Source: Gammaproteobacteria bacterium (GTDB lineage Bacteria; Pseudomonadota; Gammaproteobacteria; SZUA-152). From it: a stretch of DNA of 64,000 bases. Shown piece after piece: positions 32,953 through 44,280 of this stretch (position 1 is its first letter; each line of letters opens with the position of its first letter). The DNA lies in contig JASFOJ010000001.1 in NCBI GenBank assembly GCA_050116575.1, positions 43,811 to 107,810 of the forward strand. The letters run 5' to 3'. The translations under genes were made by a program, and so were the position numbers. Below the pieces are notes generated by a model that did not search any database, was not told the DNA's origin, and saw only the letters and a list, made by a program, of their open reading frames with translations.

Positions 32953-33206
32953 GCGTTCACTTGCCACTGATATCCGTGGTCGTCTGATTCACGCAAGTAC
33001 ATCATCATTAACTTTACGCGGGTCAACGTCATTCGCCAATGCACATTGACACTCATTGATCCCAGTTTGGTATACCGCCCTACTTCATTTTCATACCAGC
33101 CGTTATCGTGCTGCAGAGGTTCACACTCGTAGCCCCACCAGACACCATTAGCATCCTGTGCTATCCAGCATACCCATGGCGGTAACTCAAAATTGGGGGC
33201 ATCCAT
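32844..33206 (-). CDS. hypothetical Trp-rich protein (120 aa)
   Basis: A non-random-looking translation (PPWVCWIAQDANGVWWGYECEP...NGWYENEVGRY). Its 3' end overlaps the convergent LysR gene by 109 bp, which lowers confidence. Confidence 0.3.
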   Translation of the reverse strand: MDAPNFELPPWVCWIAQDANGVWWGYECEPLQHDNGWYENEVGRYTKLGSMSVNVHWRMTLTRVKLMMMYLRESDDHGYQWQVNAQEGNGHKSLAWLMTKLRNSVAIGDRRLPLRYTIYQ

Positions 33207-33324
33207 CGTCTGTTCAATATGGGCAATGCCACTTCAAAATATTCAGCTAACCAAAGCCAGGCATTCTGTTTTTTGCTGCATAATCGTTTTGAATTTCACG
33301 GGTGCGCTTTTAGTAATAGCTCGC

Positions 33325-34053
33325 TCACGGCTCCAGATATTGAATTCCCAGGAACAGCGCTGCCAGACAAACCGGAATCAGCCATTGCACCACCGGTGGC
33401 CGCCGTAATGTGCCTATGCTCAGCGGTTCCACTGCCATGTGAAGGGCATTGTCAACGACCCGCTCAAACAATATTTCAACGACGCGGCTGATGGATGACA
33501 AACGGTTTTTTAATCGGGCAGTTATGACCAGTTTCTGGGATTGCAGCCGCGACATCTCAGCAAAATAGTGCTGTTTCATATCGAGCACAATGTGTTGCAC
33601 TTTGGGAATCAATTCCAGAGTCAACGCAATACGCAGCGCCAGCAATTTATTGTCAATACCGACCCAGTTGAGGGGATAAGATAACCAGGTAATAGCCTGC
33701 ACAAGCTGATTGCGGGCAATCGCTGATACAAAATAATTCACCGCCAGTATGATCAGGATCAGGTTGGAAACCCTGAGCAGGCCAGTTTGTAAACCTTCCC
33801 AGGTGGGTACAAAATCGTGCCCATACGCGATCACCGGCTTGCCGGGTGTAAACCATAGATAAATAATCAGGATGGATAAAAACAACCAACGCATTCTTTT
33901 CACAATCCGGATACTCAACTCGATGGATTGCATACGTTTAGCTAGAATTAAACCGAGAACGATCACAAACCCCAACGCAAGTTCATTGCGCCCGCCGAAT
34001 GCCACAAATCCGGCCAGAATCAAAAAAGACACAATACGGATTACAGGATGCAT
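33325..34053 (-). CDS. polytopic inner-membrane protein, unknown function
   Basis: 242 aa with 5-6 hydrophobic helices. There is a weak resemblance to ECF-transporter T components, but the assignment is not secure. Confidence 0.4.
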   Translation of the reverse strand: MHPVIRIVSFLILAGFVAFGGRNELALGFVIVLGLILAKRMQSIELSIRIVKRMRWLFLSILIIYLWFTPGKPVIAYGHDFVPTWEGLQTGLLRVSNLILIILAVNYFVSAIARNQLVQAITWLSYPLNWVGIDNKLLALRIALTLELIPKVQHIVLDMKQHYFAEMSRLQSQKLVITARLKNRLSSISRVVEILFERVVDNALHMAVEPLSIGTLRRPPVVQWLIPVCLAALFLGIQYLEP

Positions 34054-34318
34054 AAAGGCAAGTTAGCGGTTGCGGTCATTAAATACAATAACAACGCAGG
34101 CACAATCCTGTCAGGGAAGACACCTGAAAGGAACACTAATTTAACGTTTGGCATAATCAAAAAAACCGCCAGGTTTTCCACGCTGGCGGTTATTGATATT
34201 CGGCAAACAATGTCGATATTTAATGTCGGTAGTGAGCAATGGTCGTATTTTACAAGCCGTTCATTGTTATTGACTAATTTGTTATTGATAAAGACGCAGG
34301 AATAACCCCCTGCCGTCA

Positions 34319-37009
34319 CTAGCCCATTTGTTGCAGCAATTCTTCGGCTTGTTGTTTTTGGGTATCGTCGCCTTCTTCCAGAACTTCGTCCAGTATACTA
34401 CGCGCGCCGTCACTGTCCCCCATATCAACATAAGCTTTGGCTAAATCCAGTTTGGTACCTACTTCATCGACGTTGGAGAAGATATCTTCATCCAGTTCCC
34501 CGTCCAGGTCGATATCACTACCACCGCCTGTATCAAGCTGCACAATATCCGCACCCTGATCAAAATCCATTGACATATCGTCTCCCCCCCCGACTGCGTT
34601 GTCGTCGCTACTGTCATCGAGCGATAACTCCAACGGCGCGTCATCATCTTCCACCATCATTTCTTCTTGTTGTGATTCTGATGGCAGATCCATGTCCAGG
34701 CCACCAAAATCAATACTATTGTCGTCATCGGACAATTCAGTTTCAAACCCGCCGGCGGTTTCCATTTCCAGGGGTTCAGGCTCGGCGCTACTCGAAGCGG
34801 CATGATCTTCGTCAAATGACAAATCAAAATCAAGACCGCCATCGTCCGTACCGCCGGTATGGGTCTCTTCTTCTATGGCACTATCGAAGCTATCAAGATC
34901 CGGCGTTGGCGCTTGCTCTGCGGGCTCATCGCCCCCCATGTCCATGTCCATGTCCAACGATGACATGTCGAAATCCAGCGCTTCATCCAGATCATTACCA
35001 CCGCCGCTGTCTGCGGCGATATCACCAAGGTCATCGTTCGCGTTAAAATCGAAGTCCAGCAAATCTTCTTCGTCAGCGGACACTGCCCCCAACGTGTCAT
35101 CGGCACCCGCGCCGCCGCTGCCACCAAACAAATCACTGTGCGGGCAGATCTCGCGGCCCAGTGGCGCAATATCCATCCAGTAACTATTGGATTCGTCACC
35201 GCCAATTTTCTCGTGAAGGAGCCTGGCCTGCTCTTCGAAAGCATCCGCATTCTTGGCGGCATGAAAAACCTCCAGCAATTTAGCTTGCAGGTCCAGCTGA
35301 TCCGGCGCTTTATCCAGTGCCTGCCGTAAAATATCCTCCGCCTGTTGATGTCGGCCATAGGCGAGGTAGACATCGGCTTCGGAAATGGCATCCACTTCCG
35401 TGGCATCGACTTGTGCGCCGGGCATATCACTCATGACGAAGTCACTGACCATGGCACTTTCCGGCCCGCCTTCTTCAGCCGATGCGGCCCCTACAGAGGC
35501 ACTGCCAACGCCCACGTTGAGGATACTTTCGTCAAAGCCGTCGTGCATCCGGCGGCGGCGTACCACCAGCCAGCCGACCACGGCAACCACCAGCAAACCC
35601 GCCAGGCCCAGCAAGATCGGATCGGACAACAGTTCATCAGGAATAATCGACTCGTCCTTAGCCTGCTCCTTTTTGGGTTTTGATTGTTTAGCTGCAGCTT
35701 GTTTTTTGTCCGCCTTCGGCGCAGCGGCCTGTGCGTCAGGTTGCTTGCCCAACGTGTTCTGCAAAGCCACCAGCTCTTCGTCCTTAAGATTGATAAGGCG
35801 CTCCATGCTCTGTAGCTGCTCATCCAGCTCGGCCATGCGGTTATCCAGTTCTTCCGCTTCCTGATTAGTGGCGTCCAGCGCTTCGGTGGCCAGCAGCAGG
35901 TTTTCCTTCACTTTCGCCGATTCGCTGTCCTCCCCGGCGGCACCACCGGAACCTTCTCCTTCACCCGGCGCGACCAGCTTAAGACGGGCGCTTTCATCGC
36001 CTGCTTTCGCGGTCTGAGTGGACCCGCCTTGTTCAGCGGCAACTTCATCCCGGATGGAACTGACGCGGCTGTCACCTTCGGGTTCTGTCTGTTTCACTAC
36101 CCGGGTACCGCGGCCTTCACGCCAGGCCAGATTCTGGCGGCGAACTTCGTCAATCGCCTGCCGCCGCGAGGTTGAAGCAATCGTTGACGCATCGTCGATA
36201 CGTAAGACATAGCCGGCTTTTAGCTTATTGATGTTGCCGTCAATAAAGGCATCCGGATTGTCACGCAGATACGCGAGCATCATTTGATGGATACTGACGC
36301 TGTTGTTGGGACGGGTATCGCGGGCGATTTCCCACAGGGTATCGCCACGCTTGACACGGCCGTACTGCACATCGCCCGTGGGCGTCTCCGCAACCCTGGG
36401 CTGCGGGGCGGGGGGGGGCGGCGCACGTCGTACCGGCGGCGGTGTCGTCGGCCGCGCAATTTGTTGGCGCGTGCGTGGTGGAGGTGAGGTACGTGGCCGT
36501 ACAGGCTCGCGTGTCTGCGCTTGTTCGCGCTCAGTAAATACCGGCTCGGTACCAGGTTGCTGGACCGGTTTCGGGGTTTCGGCCGTCAGCACCGGCGGAT
36601 CAACTAAAACCGTGTATTCCTTAAGGGCGCGGCCACGGGGCCAACGTGCTTCAATAAGAAAATCGAGATAGGGTTCGGTGACAGAGCGCTGGCTGGTCAG
36701 GTGAATATAAGCCGAGCCATCGTTGCGAAATTTCAGTTTGAACTGGATCTGGGAGAGAAACGGCGATCGTTCGACGTTGACTCGCGCGAAATCGTCAGGA
36801 GATGCCAGGCGCACGGCAAACCCATCCAGATCACCAGGCTGCGCGGAATGAATGTCAATCTCAGCATCCAGGGGCTGGTTCAGTGACGACCGCATGGTGA
36901 TAGGCCCGAGCCCTAAAGCGAAACTGATCGCTGGCACCAACAACAAGACCGAGCCTATTGCCCGGACAATTAATTTACCCATGCTTACTCCCGTTTTCTC
37001 CAATTCCAT
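34319..37009 (-). CDS. fimV: peptidoglycan-binding type IV pilus assembly protein FimV
   Basis: Signal peptide (the start may be the internal M at 36982), Pro-rich linker, LysM domain (GDTLWEIAR...), coiled coil, single TM, long acidic low-complexity region, and the conserved C-terminal FimV motif LDLAKAYVDMGDSDGARSILDEVLEEG. The asd-fimV neighbourhood fits. Confidence 0.8.
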   Translation of the reverse strand: MELEKTGVSMGKLIVRAIGSVLLLVPAISFALGLGPITMRSSLNQPLDAEIDIHSAQPGDLDGFAVRLASPDDFARVNVERSPFLSQIQFKLKFRNDGSAYIHLTSQRSVTEPYLDFLIEARWPRGRALKEYTVLVDPPVLTAETPKPVQQPGTEPVFTEREQAQTREPVRPRTSPPPRTRQQIARPTTPPPVRRAPPPPAPQPRVAETPTGDVQYGRVKRGDTLWEIARDTRPNNSVSIHQMMLAYLRDNPDAFIDGNINKLKAGYVLRIDDASTIASTSRRQAIDEVRRQNLAWREGRGTRVVKQTEPEGDSRVSSIRDEVAAEQGGSTQTAKAGDESARLKLVAPGEGEGSGGAAGEDSESAKVKENLLLATEALDATNQEAEELDNRMAELDEQLQSMERLINLKDEELVALQNTLGKQPDAQAAAPKADKKQAAAKQSKPKKEQAKDESIIPDELLSDPILLGLAGLLVVAVVGWLVVRRRRMHDGFDESILNVGVGSASVGAASAEEGGPESAMVSDFVMSDMPGAQVDATEVDAISEADVYLAYGRHQQAEDILRQALDKAPDQLDLQAKLLEVFHAAKNADAFEEQARLLHEKIGGDESNSYWMDIAPLGREICPHSDLFGGSGGAGADDTLGAVSADEEDLLDFDFNANDDLGDIAADSGGGNDLDEALDFDMSSLDMDMDMGGDEPAEQAPTPDLDSFDSAIEEETHTGGTDDGGLDFDLSFDEDHAASSSAEPEPLEMETAGGFETELSDDDNSIDFGGLDMDLPSESQQEEMMVEDDDAPLELSLDDSSDDNAVGGGDDMSMDFDQGADIVQLDTGGGSDIDLDGELDEDIFSNVDEVGTKLDLAKAYVDMGDSDGARSILDEVLEEGDDTQKQQAEELLQQMG

Positions 37010-37118
37010 GTCTACAGCTGTGTTTCCTCTGACTCCTGACGTCCATTAATATCGTCAGTTTTTGACTAAATTTAATAATATTAAGCAATTACGGGCCTGT
37101 CATAGAATCTACTATAGC

Positions 37119-38147
37119 TTACAAATACTCTTTTACCAAAATTTCAGCTATTTGCACACTATTTAGTGCAGCACCCTTTCTTACATTATCCGCGACAACC
37201 CACAGATTCAGTCCATGGGGATGGGAAATATCCTCCCTGATCCTGCCAACATATACGGGATCATGTCCGGCACCTTCGGTGACGGCCGTGGGATAACCTC
37301 CCGGTTCCTGCCTGTCCATGACTTCAATACCGGGCGCTGATGCCAAAAGCTCACGCGCACGGTCCGCGGTGATCTTCTCCCGGGTTTCGATATGAACTGC
37401 CTCAGAATGCCCGTAAAACACGGGGATACGGACGGCCGTCGGGTTAACCAATATAGCGGCATCCTCAAATATTTTTTTAGTTTCCCACACCATTTTCATC
37501 TCTTCCTTGGTGTAACCGTTCTCCTGAAACACGTCGATGTGCGGTAAGGCATTGAATGCAATCTGTTTTGGGTAAACTTCGGTCTTGATTTCCTTAAAAT
37601 TAAGCAAATTGGCGGTTTGGGTCGCCAGCTCTTCGATCGCTTCTTTTCCGGTTCCGGAAACCGCCTGGTAAGTCGCTACGTTGATACGCTCGATCCCCAC
37701 CGCGTCATAGATCGGTTTCAGCGCAACCAGCATTTGTATGGTCGAACAATTGGGGTTCGCGATAATACCCCGGTTTTTATAGTCCGCTATGGCATGCGCA
37801 TTACACTCAGGAACCACCAGCGGAATATCGTCGTCATAACGAAAATGGGAGGTATTATCCACGACGACACAACCGGCGGCCGCTGCTTTCGGGGCATAAT
37901 CGGCGGACACGGAGCCACCGGCGGAAAACAGGCCCACTTGTACCTTGGAAAAATCAAAATTGCCCAAATCCTCGACAGTAACATGTTTGCCTTTGAACTG
38001 GATTTTGGCGCCGGCAGAACGGCTGCTGGCCAAAGGATAGAGATTACGGACGGGAAAATTACGTTGTTCCAGGATGGAAACCATGGTTTCTCCCACGGCA
38101 CCTGTCGCACCGACTACAGCGACATCGAATTCCTTGCTCATTGACAC
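37119..38147 (-). CDS. asd: aspartate-semialdehyde dehydrogenase
   Basis: VAVVGATGAVG Rossmann motif, active-site Cys region, ~340 aa. Confidence 0.9.
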   Translation of the reverse strand: MSMSKEFDVAVVGATGAVGETMVSILEQRNFPVRNLYPLASSRSAGAKIQFKGKHVTVEDLGNFDFSKVQVGLFSAGGSVSADYAPKAAAAGCVVVDNTSHFRYDDDIPLVVPECNAHAIADYKNRGIIANPNCSTIQMLVALKPIYDAVGIERINVATYQAVSGTGKEAIEELATQTANLLNFKEIKTEVYPKQIAFNALPHIDVFQENGYTKEEMKMVWETKKIFEDAAILVNPTAVRIPVFYGHSEAVHIETREKITADRARELLASAPGIEVMDRQEPGGYPTAVTEGAGHDPVYVGRIREDISHPHGLNLWVVADNVRKGAALNSVQIAEILVKEYL

Positions 38148-38366
38148 ATCCTCTATAAGCTACTGAATTTTATGGATTCTTATTCTGTATTAGCGGCAAA
38201 CCCAGCAGTGTCCCGCCTGAGCGGCATTTCTCAAATGACCGGTTTGAAGGTATTACCGGCGTGAAAAATACTTGTGTGTATGTAGTTACTGACTGATGAA
38301 CTAACTATATTAACGTTGTTTCAGGTTTGACACTAGCGCTTTTAAGGCGCTTTTTCGGACATCGCT

Positions 38367-39446
38367 TCAGCCAGCCAACGCGGCGGTAACTGCATCGCCC
38401 ATGGCGGTAGTGGATACCGATTGGGTTCCCTCACTATAAATATCCGCGGTTCTCAGTCCCTGATCAAGTACCGTGTTCACCGCGCGTTCGATTTTGCCAG
38501 CCAACGCCGGCTCATTCAGCGAATAGCGCAACATCATAGCGACTGATAACAGGGTTGCCAATGGATTGGCGGTATTTTTTCCGGCAATATCCGGCGCCGA
38601 TCCATGAATAGGTTCATACATCCCTTTACCATTGGCATCAAGGGACGCCGACGGCAACATGCCGATGGAACCGGTTAACATGGCCGCGGCGTCGGACAGA
38701 ATATCGCCAAACATATTGGTAGTGACAATCACATCAAATTGCTTGGGCGCACGCACCAGTTGCATTGCCGCGTTATCCACATACATGTGGGTTAGCTCCA
38801 CTTCGGGATAGTCACGGGCAATGTCCGTCATCACATCCCGCCACAGCTCCGTGCATTCCAGCACATTGGCCTTATCCACCGAGCAAAGCCGTTTGTTGCG
38901 TTTCATGGCGGTATCAAACGCCGAACGCCCTATGCGTTGGATTTCGGATTCGGAATAAACCAGCGTATTAAAACCCTGGCGTTCGCCGTTTTCCAGTGTC
39001 CGGATACCGCGCGGTTGGCCGAAATAAATACCCCCGGTCAATTCGCGCACGATCATGATATCCAGGCCGGATACCACCTCCGGCTTCAACGTTGACGCCT
39101 CGACCAGTTGCGGATACAAAATAGCAGGACGCAAATTGGAAAACAGGTTCAGTTCCGATCGCAAACCCAGCAAGCCTTTTTCCGGCCGCACCGCAATATC
39201 CAGGGACTCATACTTTGGCGCACCCACCGCACCCAATAAAATCGCATCGGCTTCCCGTGCTTTGGCCAATGTAAGTTCCGGTAACGGGCTACCATGTTCA
39301 TCGTAGGCCGCGCCACCGACCAGGGCAGTTTCCAGTTCAACTTCCAGGCCAAAATCCGCCTTGAGCTTTTCCAGGACTTTAACTGCCTCGCCAATAATTT
39401 CCGGACCAATTCCGTCGCCGGGTAATACCAGAATTTTTTTCGTCAT
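38367..39446 (-). CDS. leuB: 3-isopropylmalate dehydrogenase
   Basis: [17 protein letters not shown]..., GSAPDIAGK motif. Confidence 0.9.
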   Translation of the reverse strand: MTKKILVLPGDGIGPEIIGEAVKVLEKLKADFGLEVELETALVGGAAYDEHGSPLPELTLAKAREADAILLGAVGAPKYESLDIAVRPEKGLLGLRSELNLFSNLRPAILYPQLVEASTLKPEVVSGLDIMIVRELTGGIYFGQPRGIRTLENGERQGFNTLVYSESEIQRIGRSAFDTAMKRNKRLCSVDKANVLECTELWRDVMTDIARDYPEVELTHMYVDNAAMQLVRAPKQFDVIVTTNMFGDILSDAAAMLTGSIGMLPSASLDANGKGMYEPIHGSAPDIAGKNTANPLATLLSVAMMLRYSLNEPALAGKIERAVNTVLDQGLRTADIYSEGTQSVSTTAMGDAVTAALAG

Positions 39447-39487
39447 TACGTGTTCCTTTTTCCTTTATTGTCATTGTATTGGCGTAT

Positions 39488-40132
39488 TCACTGGGTGAAC
39501 AACCAGGGCGCCTCCTGGGCGCGCTTTTGTTCATAGGTCTTGATGTCATCCACGTGCTGCAAGGTCAACCCGATATCATCCAGCCCGTTGAGCAGACAAT
39601 ATTTGCGGAATTCATCCACGTCAAAACCAATGGTCTCGCCGGACGGCTTTTCAATGGTCTGCTCCTGCAAGTCTACGGTCAGCTGAAATCCCTCGTTGCC
39701 GAAAACATCCTCGAACAATGCGTCCACAATATCCTCGTCCAATACGATGGGCAGGATACCGTTCTTGAAGCAGTTGTTATAAAAGATATCGGCGAAACTG
39801 GGCGCAATGACTACCCGAAATCCATAATCGAGCAACGCCCACGGCGCGTGTTCCCGCGAGGAACCGCAGCCGAAGTTTTTCCGGGCCAGCAGAATTTTCG
39901 CATCTTTATAGCGTGGCCGGTTCAATACGAAATCCGGATTAACAGGACGCTTGCTGTTGTCCATGCCCGGTTCGCCATGATCGAGGTAACGCCATTCGTC
40001 GAACAGGTTGGGACCAAAACCGGTACGTTTGATGGATTTCAAAAACTGTTTGGGTATAATCGCGTCGGTATCCACATTGGAACGGTCCAGGGGCGCGACG
40101 ATAGCAGTCAATTTTTCAAATTTTTCCATCAT
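39488..40132 (-). CDS. leuD: 3-isopropylmalate dehydratase small subunit
   Basis: ...[11 protein letters not shown]... The start overlaps the leuC stop by 1 nt. Confidence 0.9.
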   Translation of the reverse strand: MMEKFEKLTAIVAPLDRSNVDTDAIIPKQFLKSIKRTGFGPNLFDEWRYLDHGEPGMDNSKRPVNPDFVLNRPRYKDAKILLARKNFGCGSSREHAPWALLDYGFRVVIAPSFADIFYNNCFKNGILPIVLDEDIVDALFEDVFGNEGFQLTVDLQEQTIEKPSGETIGFDVDEFRKYCLLNGLDDIGLTLQHVDDIKTYEQKRAQEAPWLFTQ

Positions 40133-41547
40133 TACCCCTCCTTCTTCGTTTCACGCACATCCACAAAATGTCCGTAAATGGCCGCCGCAGCGGCCATGGC
40201 TGGACTCACCAGATGGGTACGGCCACCCTGCCCCTGCCTACCTTCGAAGTTGCGGTTGGATGTGGACGCGCAACGCTCTCCCGGCTCCAGGCGATCGGCG
40301 TTCATGGCTAGGCACATGGAACAGCCCGGTTCGCGCCACTCAAAACCCGCTGCAAGAAACACCTTATCCAATCCCTCGTCTTCGGCCTGTTTTTTTATCA
40401 GCCCGGAACCGGGCACCACCATGGCCAGTTTCACCCGCTTCGACACTTTATGACTGTTAACGACTTGCGCAGCGGCGCGCAAATCCTCGATGCGCGAATT
40501 GGTGCAGGAACCAATGAACACTTTGTCTACTTCAATATCCGTGATAGGTGTATTCGCGTCGAGCCCCATGTATTTTAACGCGGCGCGCATACCTTCACGT
40601 CGGGTGGTATCGGTTTCCTGGTCGGGATCAGGCACTTTGCCATCCACGGAAACCACCATTTCCGGCGACGTACCCCAGGTTACCTGCGGTTTGATGCTGG
40701 CGGCGTCAATGTGCACCTCACGGTCGAACGCAGCATCGTCGTCACTGCGCAACTTTTTCCAGGCACTAACCGCCTGCTCCCACAGATCAACCGTGGGTGC
40801 ATATGGCCGGCCTTTGACGAACTCAATAGTTTTGTCGTCCACTGCCACCATGCCAGCACGGGCACCGGCTTCAATCGCCATGTTGCATACCGTCATCCGG
40901 CCTTCTATGGACAATCCGCTAATGGCGCTGCCACCGAATTCAATGGCATACCCGGTACCACCGGCGGTGCCAATCTCCCCAATGATTGCCAGCACGATGT
41001 CTTTAGCGGTGACACCGGGACCCACCTGGCCATCAACACTGACTAACATGTTTTTGGATTTTTTCTGGATCAGGCATTGGGTGGCCAGCACATGCTCTAC
41101 TTCTGAAGTACCAATACCAAACGCCAACGCACCGAACGCGCCATGGGTTGATGTATGGGAATCGCCGCACACTACGGTCATGCCCGGCAAAGTCGCTCCT
41201 TGCTCGGGACCGATGACGTGCACGATGCCCTGGCGATTGTCGGTCATTTTAAATTCGGTAATGCCGTATTCCGCGCAGTTTTGGTCAAGCGTATCCACTT
41301 GCAGGCGTGAGACGGGATCGGTAATGCCCTTGTCGCGATCGCTGGTGGGCACATTGTGGTCCGGCGTTGCCAGGTTGGCGCTGACCCGCCACGGCTTGCG
41401 CCCCGCCAGCCGCAGGCCTTCGAACGCCTGGGGCGAAGTGACTTCATGGACGAGATGACGGTCGATATAGATCAAACAGGTGCCGTCATCCTGTTCCCGG
41501 ACGACGTGGGAATCCCACAACTTATCGTAAAGTGTTTTGCCTGCCAT
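40132..41547 (-). CDS. leuC: 3-isopropylmalate dehydratase large subunit
   Basis: [16 protein letters not shown]... aconitase-family Cys ligands. Confidence 0.9.
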   Translation of the reverse strand: MAGKTLYDKLWDSHVVREQDDGTCLIYIDRHLVHEVTSPQAFEGLRLAGRKPWRVSANLATPDHNVPTSDRDKGITDPVSRLQVDTLDQNCAEYGITEFKMTDNRQGIVHVIGPEQGATLPGMTVVCGDSHTSTHGAFGALAFGIGTSEVEHVLATQCLIQKKSKNMLVSVDGQVGPGVTAKDIVLAIIGEIGTAGGTGYAIEFGGSAISGLSIEGRMTVCNMAIEAGARAGMVAVDDKTIEFVKGRPYAPTVDLWEQAVSAWKKLRSDDDAAFDREVHIDAASIKPQVTWGTSPEMVVSVDGKVPDPDQETDTTRREGMRAALKYMGLDANTPITDIEVDKVFIGSCTNSRIEDLRAAAQVVNSHKVSKRVKLAMVVPGSGLIKKQAEDEGLDKVFLAAGFEWREPGCSMCLAMNADRLEPGERCASTSNRNFEGRQGQGGRTHLVSPAMAAAAAIYGHFVDVRETKKEG

Positions 41548-41651
41548 GGTTCAATCCTTCATTAACTCAGAAGAAGCCTTAAAATACCGCAGCATTTACT
41601 ATTACACAAATTCATATTTTTCATATATTCTATTACTTTTTGGAATACTTA

Positions 41652-42572
41652 ATGGGAACTCGTGCCGTGGACACCACCAGCCTGAAAACGTTTTTGACCA
41701 TCGCCGACACCGGCTCATTCTCCCTGGCCGCCGAACACCTGTATTTGACACAACCGGCAATCAGCAAACGCCTGCACTCACTGGAACAGGAGCTCGGTGC
41801 GCGCTTGTTCGACCGGGTCGGCCGGCAAACACTGCTGACACCCGCTGGCGAGGTATTTTACCAACGGGCACGGTCAATATTGCAGCAACTGGAAGACAGC
41901 CGGCGGGAAATAGACAACTTAAGCGGCAAAGTCGCCGGTACGCTGCATATCGGCACCAGCCACCATATTGGCCTACACCGCCTGCCGCCGCTGCTGAAAC
42001 AACTGCACCAGCAATACCCTGATCTCAACCTTGACATCCATTTCCAGGATTCGGAAGCGGTTTATCATGACGTCCAGACCGGCAAACTGGAACTGGGGGT
42101 CATCACCATCCCGGCATCACCGGATCCGGAGCTGCATACCGTCACCATCTGGCCGGATCCGTTGGAATTTGTGGTCGCCCGTAACCATCCGCTGGTAAGT
42201 GCCGGTTCGTCCAGTCAGCGCATATCAGCCAAACTGCTGTCCCAATATGGCGCCATTCTGCCGGCAAAAAACACTTATACCCGGCAGATTCTGGAGCGGG
42301 CATTCACCAAACTGGGACATGAGATCACAACGTCACTGTCCACAAATTACCTGGAAACCAATAAGATGCTGGTCAGTGTGGGATTGGGCTGGAGTCTGTT
42401 GCCCCGAACGATGGTGGGCTCTGACTTACGCGTATTGTCGATACCGCGCTTGCAACTGCAGCGCAGCCTGGGTGTCGTACATCATCCCAAAAGAACCCTG
42501 TCCAACGCGGCAAAAATCGTATTGGACCTGTTGAACCAGGCCCGGCAATCACCGGTTGGGGATCGTCATTAA
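41652..42572 (+). CDS. LysR-family transcriptional regulator, divergent from leuC
   Basis: HTH FSLAAEHLYLTQPAISKRLHSLE. ATG at 41652; an alternative TTG lies at 41640. Confidence 0.7.
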   Translation: MGTRAVDTTSLKTFLTIADTGSFSLAAEHLYLTQPAISKRLHSLEQELGARLFDRVGRQTLLTPAGEVFYQRARSILQQLEDSRREIDNLSGKVAGTLHIGTSHHIGLHRLPPLLKQLHQQYPDLNLDIHFQDSEAVYHDVQTGKLELGVITIPASPDPELHTVTIWPDPLEFVVARNHPLVSAGSSSQRISAKLLSQYGAILPAKNTYTRQILERAFTKLGHEITTSLSTNYLETNKMLVSVGLGWSLLPRTMVGSDLRVLSIPRLQLQRSLGVVHHPKRTLSNAAKIVLDLLNQARQSPVGDRH

Positions 42573-43409
42573 TACCCTGACGTTGGACCGCTCGCTTACT
42601 TCCGACAATGGAACGTACGCAATGGCGTGCGGGTGCCGTTCGATATACGACACCACGATATTCTTGGCCTTAACTTTCACCGGGTTCACCACCTGGTGGT
42701 TTTCGCGGCGCTTGCTCTCCAGCTTGTCCGCTTCCAGCGCCGTCATATCCAGTATGTTTTTGGAAAATTTTTCCCGGTCCTTATCACCCAGTGGCAAATT
42801 GTATAACATCACCCGCGCACCATCGTCCCAGCGAGTCATTTTATCCAAGTACATGGCACGCACTTCGGCGGGTGACAGGGACTGTTGATTACTCGAATGT
42901 ACAATCACGGCAATCGTGTCATCATCCGGGTCATCTAAAAAAGAGGAAACGGTGACGGACGCCGTATGACGCTCCGCGGGACCTGGTTCAGCGACATCGC
43001 CGGGTTCGCCCGATTGATCGGCAACGTCGCCGGTAATTTTACCAGCCCCATCAGAGTCGAGCGTCGCCGTTGTCTGTTGTGCGGCGCCGCCATTTTGCCG
43101 GTACGCAACATTTGCCGCTTTATTATCAGTCTCGCTCCCGGCGTCTTCCTGTGCAACCGGCGCGGATTTGACCGTGGCACCATTCGGCGACCCATTGTTT
43201 TTCGGCTTCGAAGCACTGGCGGGTAATGCGGCCAGCGTAACGTTCTTGTCCTCAGCACCTGGTTCATCATCTGCAAACGGATCTGCTGTCAAATCCTTCG
43301 CCTGTTCGGCGTTTGCTGATGGCTGCTCATCCGGCCCCGGTTCATAAATGCCAAGGAAAACAACCAACAGCGCCAGACATAAACCGACTGATATCCACAC
43401 AATACGCAT
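42549..43409 (-). CDS. membrane-anchored protein with acidic linker and C-terminal PstS-like half periplasmic-binding domain
   Basis: Likely start MRIVWISVGLCLALLVVFLG (signal anchor), a D/E/A/G-rich linker, and a C-terminus IAVIVHSSNQQSLSPAEVRAMYL...AIAYVPL resembling one lobe of phosphate-binding-protein-like domains. Confidence 0.45.
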   Translation of the reverse strand: MRIVWISVGLCLALLVVFLGIYEPGPDEQPSANAEQAKDLTADPFADDEPGAEDKNVTLAALPASASKPKNNGSPNGATVKSAPVAQEDAGSETDNKAANVAYRQNGGAAQQTTATLDSDGAGKITGDVADQSGEPGDVAEPGPAERHTASVTVSSFLDDPDDDTIAVIVHSSNQQSLSPAEVRAMYLDKMTRWDDGARVMLYNLPLGDKDREKFSKNILDMTALEADKLESKRRENHQVVNPVKVKAKNIVVSYIERHPHAIAYVPLSEVSERSNVRVLMTIPNR

Positions 43410-44280
43410 ATCATGCCCCCTTCCAGCCCGCGACTCCGCGGATTCGCAGCCGCGCTGTACATCGCCGCCGAAGCCGCTCAATAACGCGGATTGTATCGCC
43501 AAACCTGTAAACGGACCTAACTCTTAGTGCTAGTGCCAGAATTCGACGTGTTTTCCCCGAAATGGTGATTACCCAACCGCGCCGTTGGGCGCGGCGATGT
43601 TCACTATTGAAGTTTAATTGTATCCCCCGCGAGAGCGCCCGGCAAAGTCGCCTCGGCACTCAATACTCCCAGGCCCAATCGCAAACCCAGTCAGCGCGCG
43701 GCAAGCTTACCGCATACGTTATAGCTAATTATTCTATACGTTCATATTCCGAATCACCAGCACTCGCCACCTTCTAATATGATCCTTTACAGTGCTTGAC
43801 GACAAGGTCTCTCAGTTGACATTACTCACCAGAACGATGCCTGCGACGCTTGTCGCCCGCCCTACGGTGTGATCAAAATGGCCAGTCACGGTGGATTTCC
43901 ACCTGCTACGAATCGATACTTTTGAAAATGGTTTTAGATTTTGATGGATTGTGATGGATGGTGCCGCTAACACGGCGATCGCGCATCGTTTATCGAGGCC
44001 ATTGAGCGCAATTAGCTGTTGCTAATGGTTGTCAGGCAGCTCCGTTACCCGCCATGAAAGCCATACAACGGCGGATTAGCTGGGGGTTAACCCGTGAACG
44101 GCCACTTTGTTACAGCCAAGCTGTACTCTCACACTGGGTGACTTTCGCGCTATGCATCATTTATCCCGTTTTTCAATAATAAGCCGTTGCTATGGATAAT
44201 TTCAGCGCAAACAACCCGTCTACAGGTTCACGCCTGCAATAACGAAATTCGCAATGTTATGACAACAGGATTGGAGGTGG

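Noticed and set aside
34570-35864. Several 60-190-aa ORFs on both strands inside fimV
   Set aside because: They are artefacts of the repetitive acidic/GC-rich low-complexity coding region of FimV and its antisense. The FimV frame has the conserved N-terminal, LysM and C-terminal motifs.
40490-41458. 322-aa plus-strand ORF
   Set aside because: Antisense within leuC; Ser/Pro/Thr-rich shadow translation.
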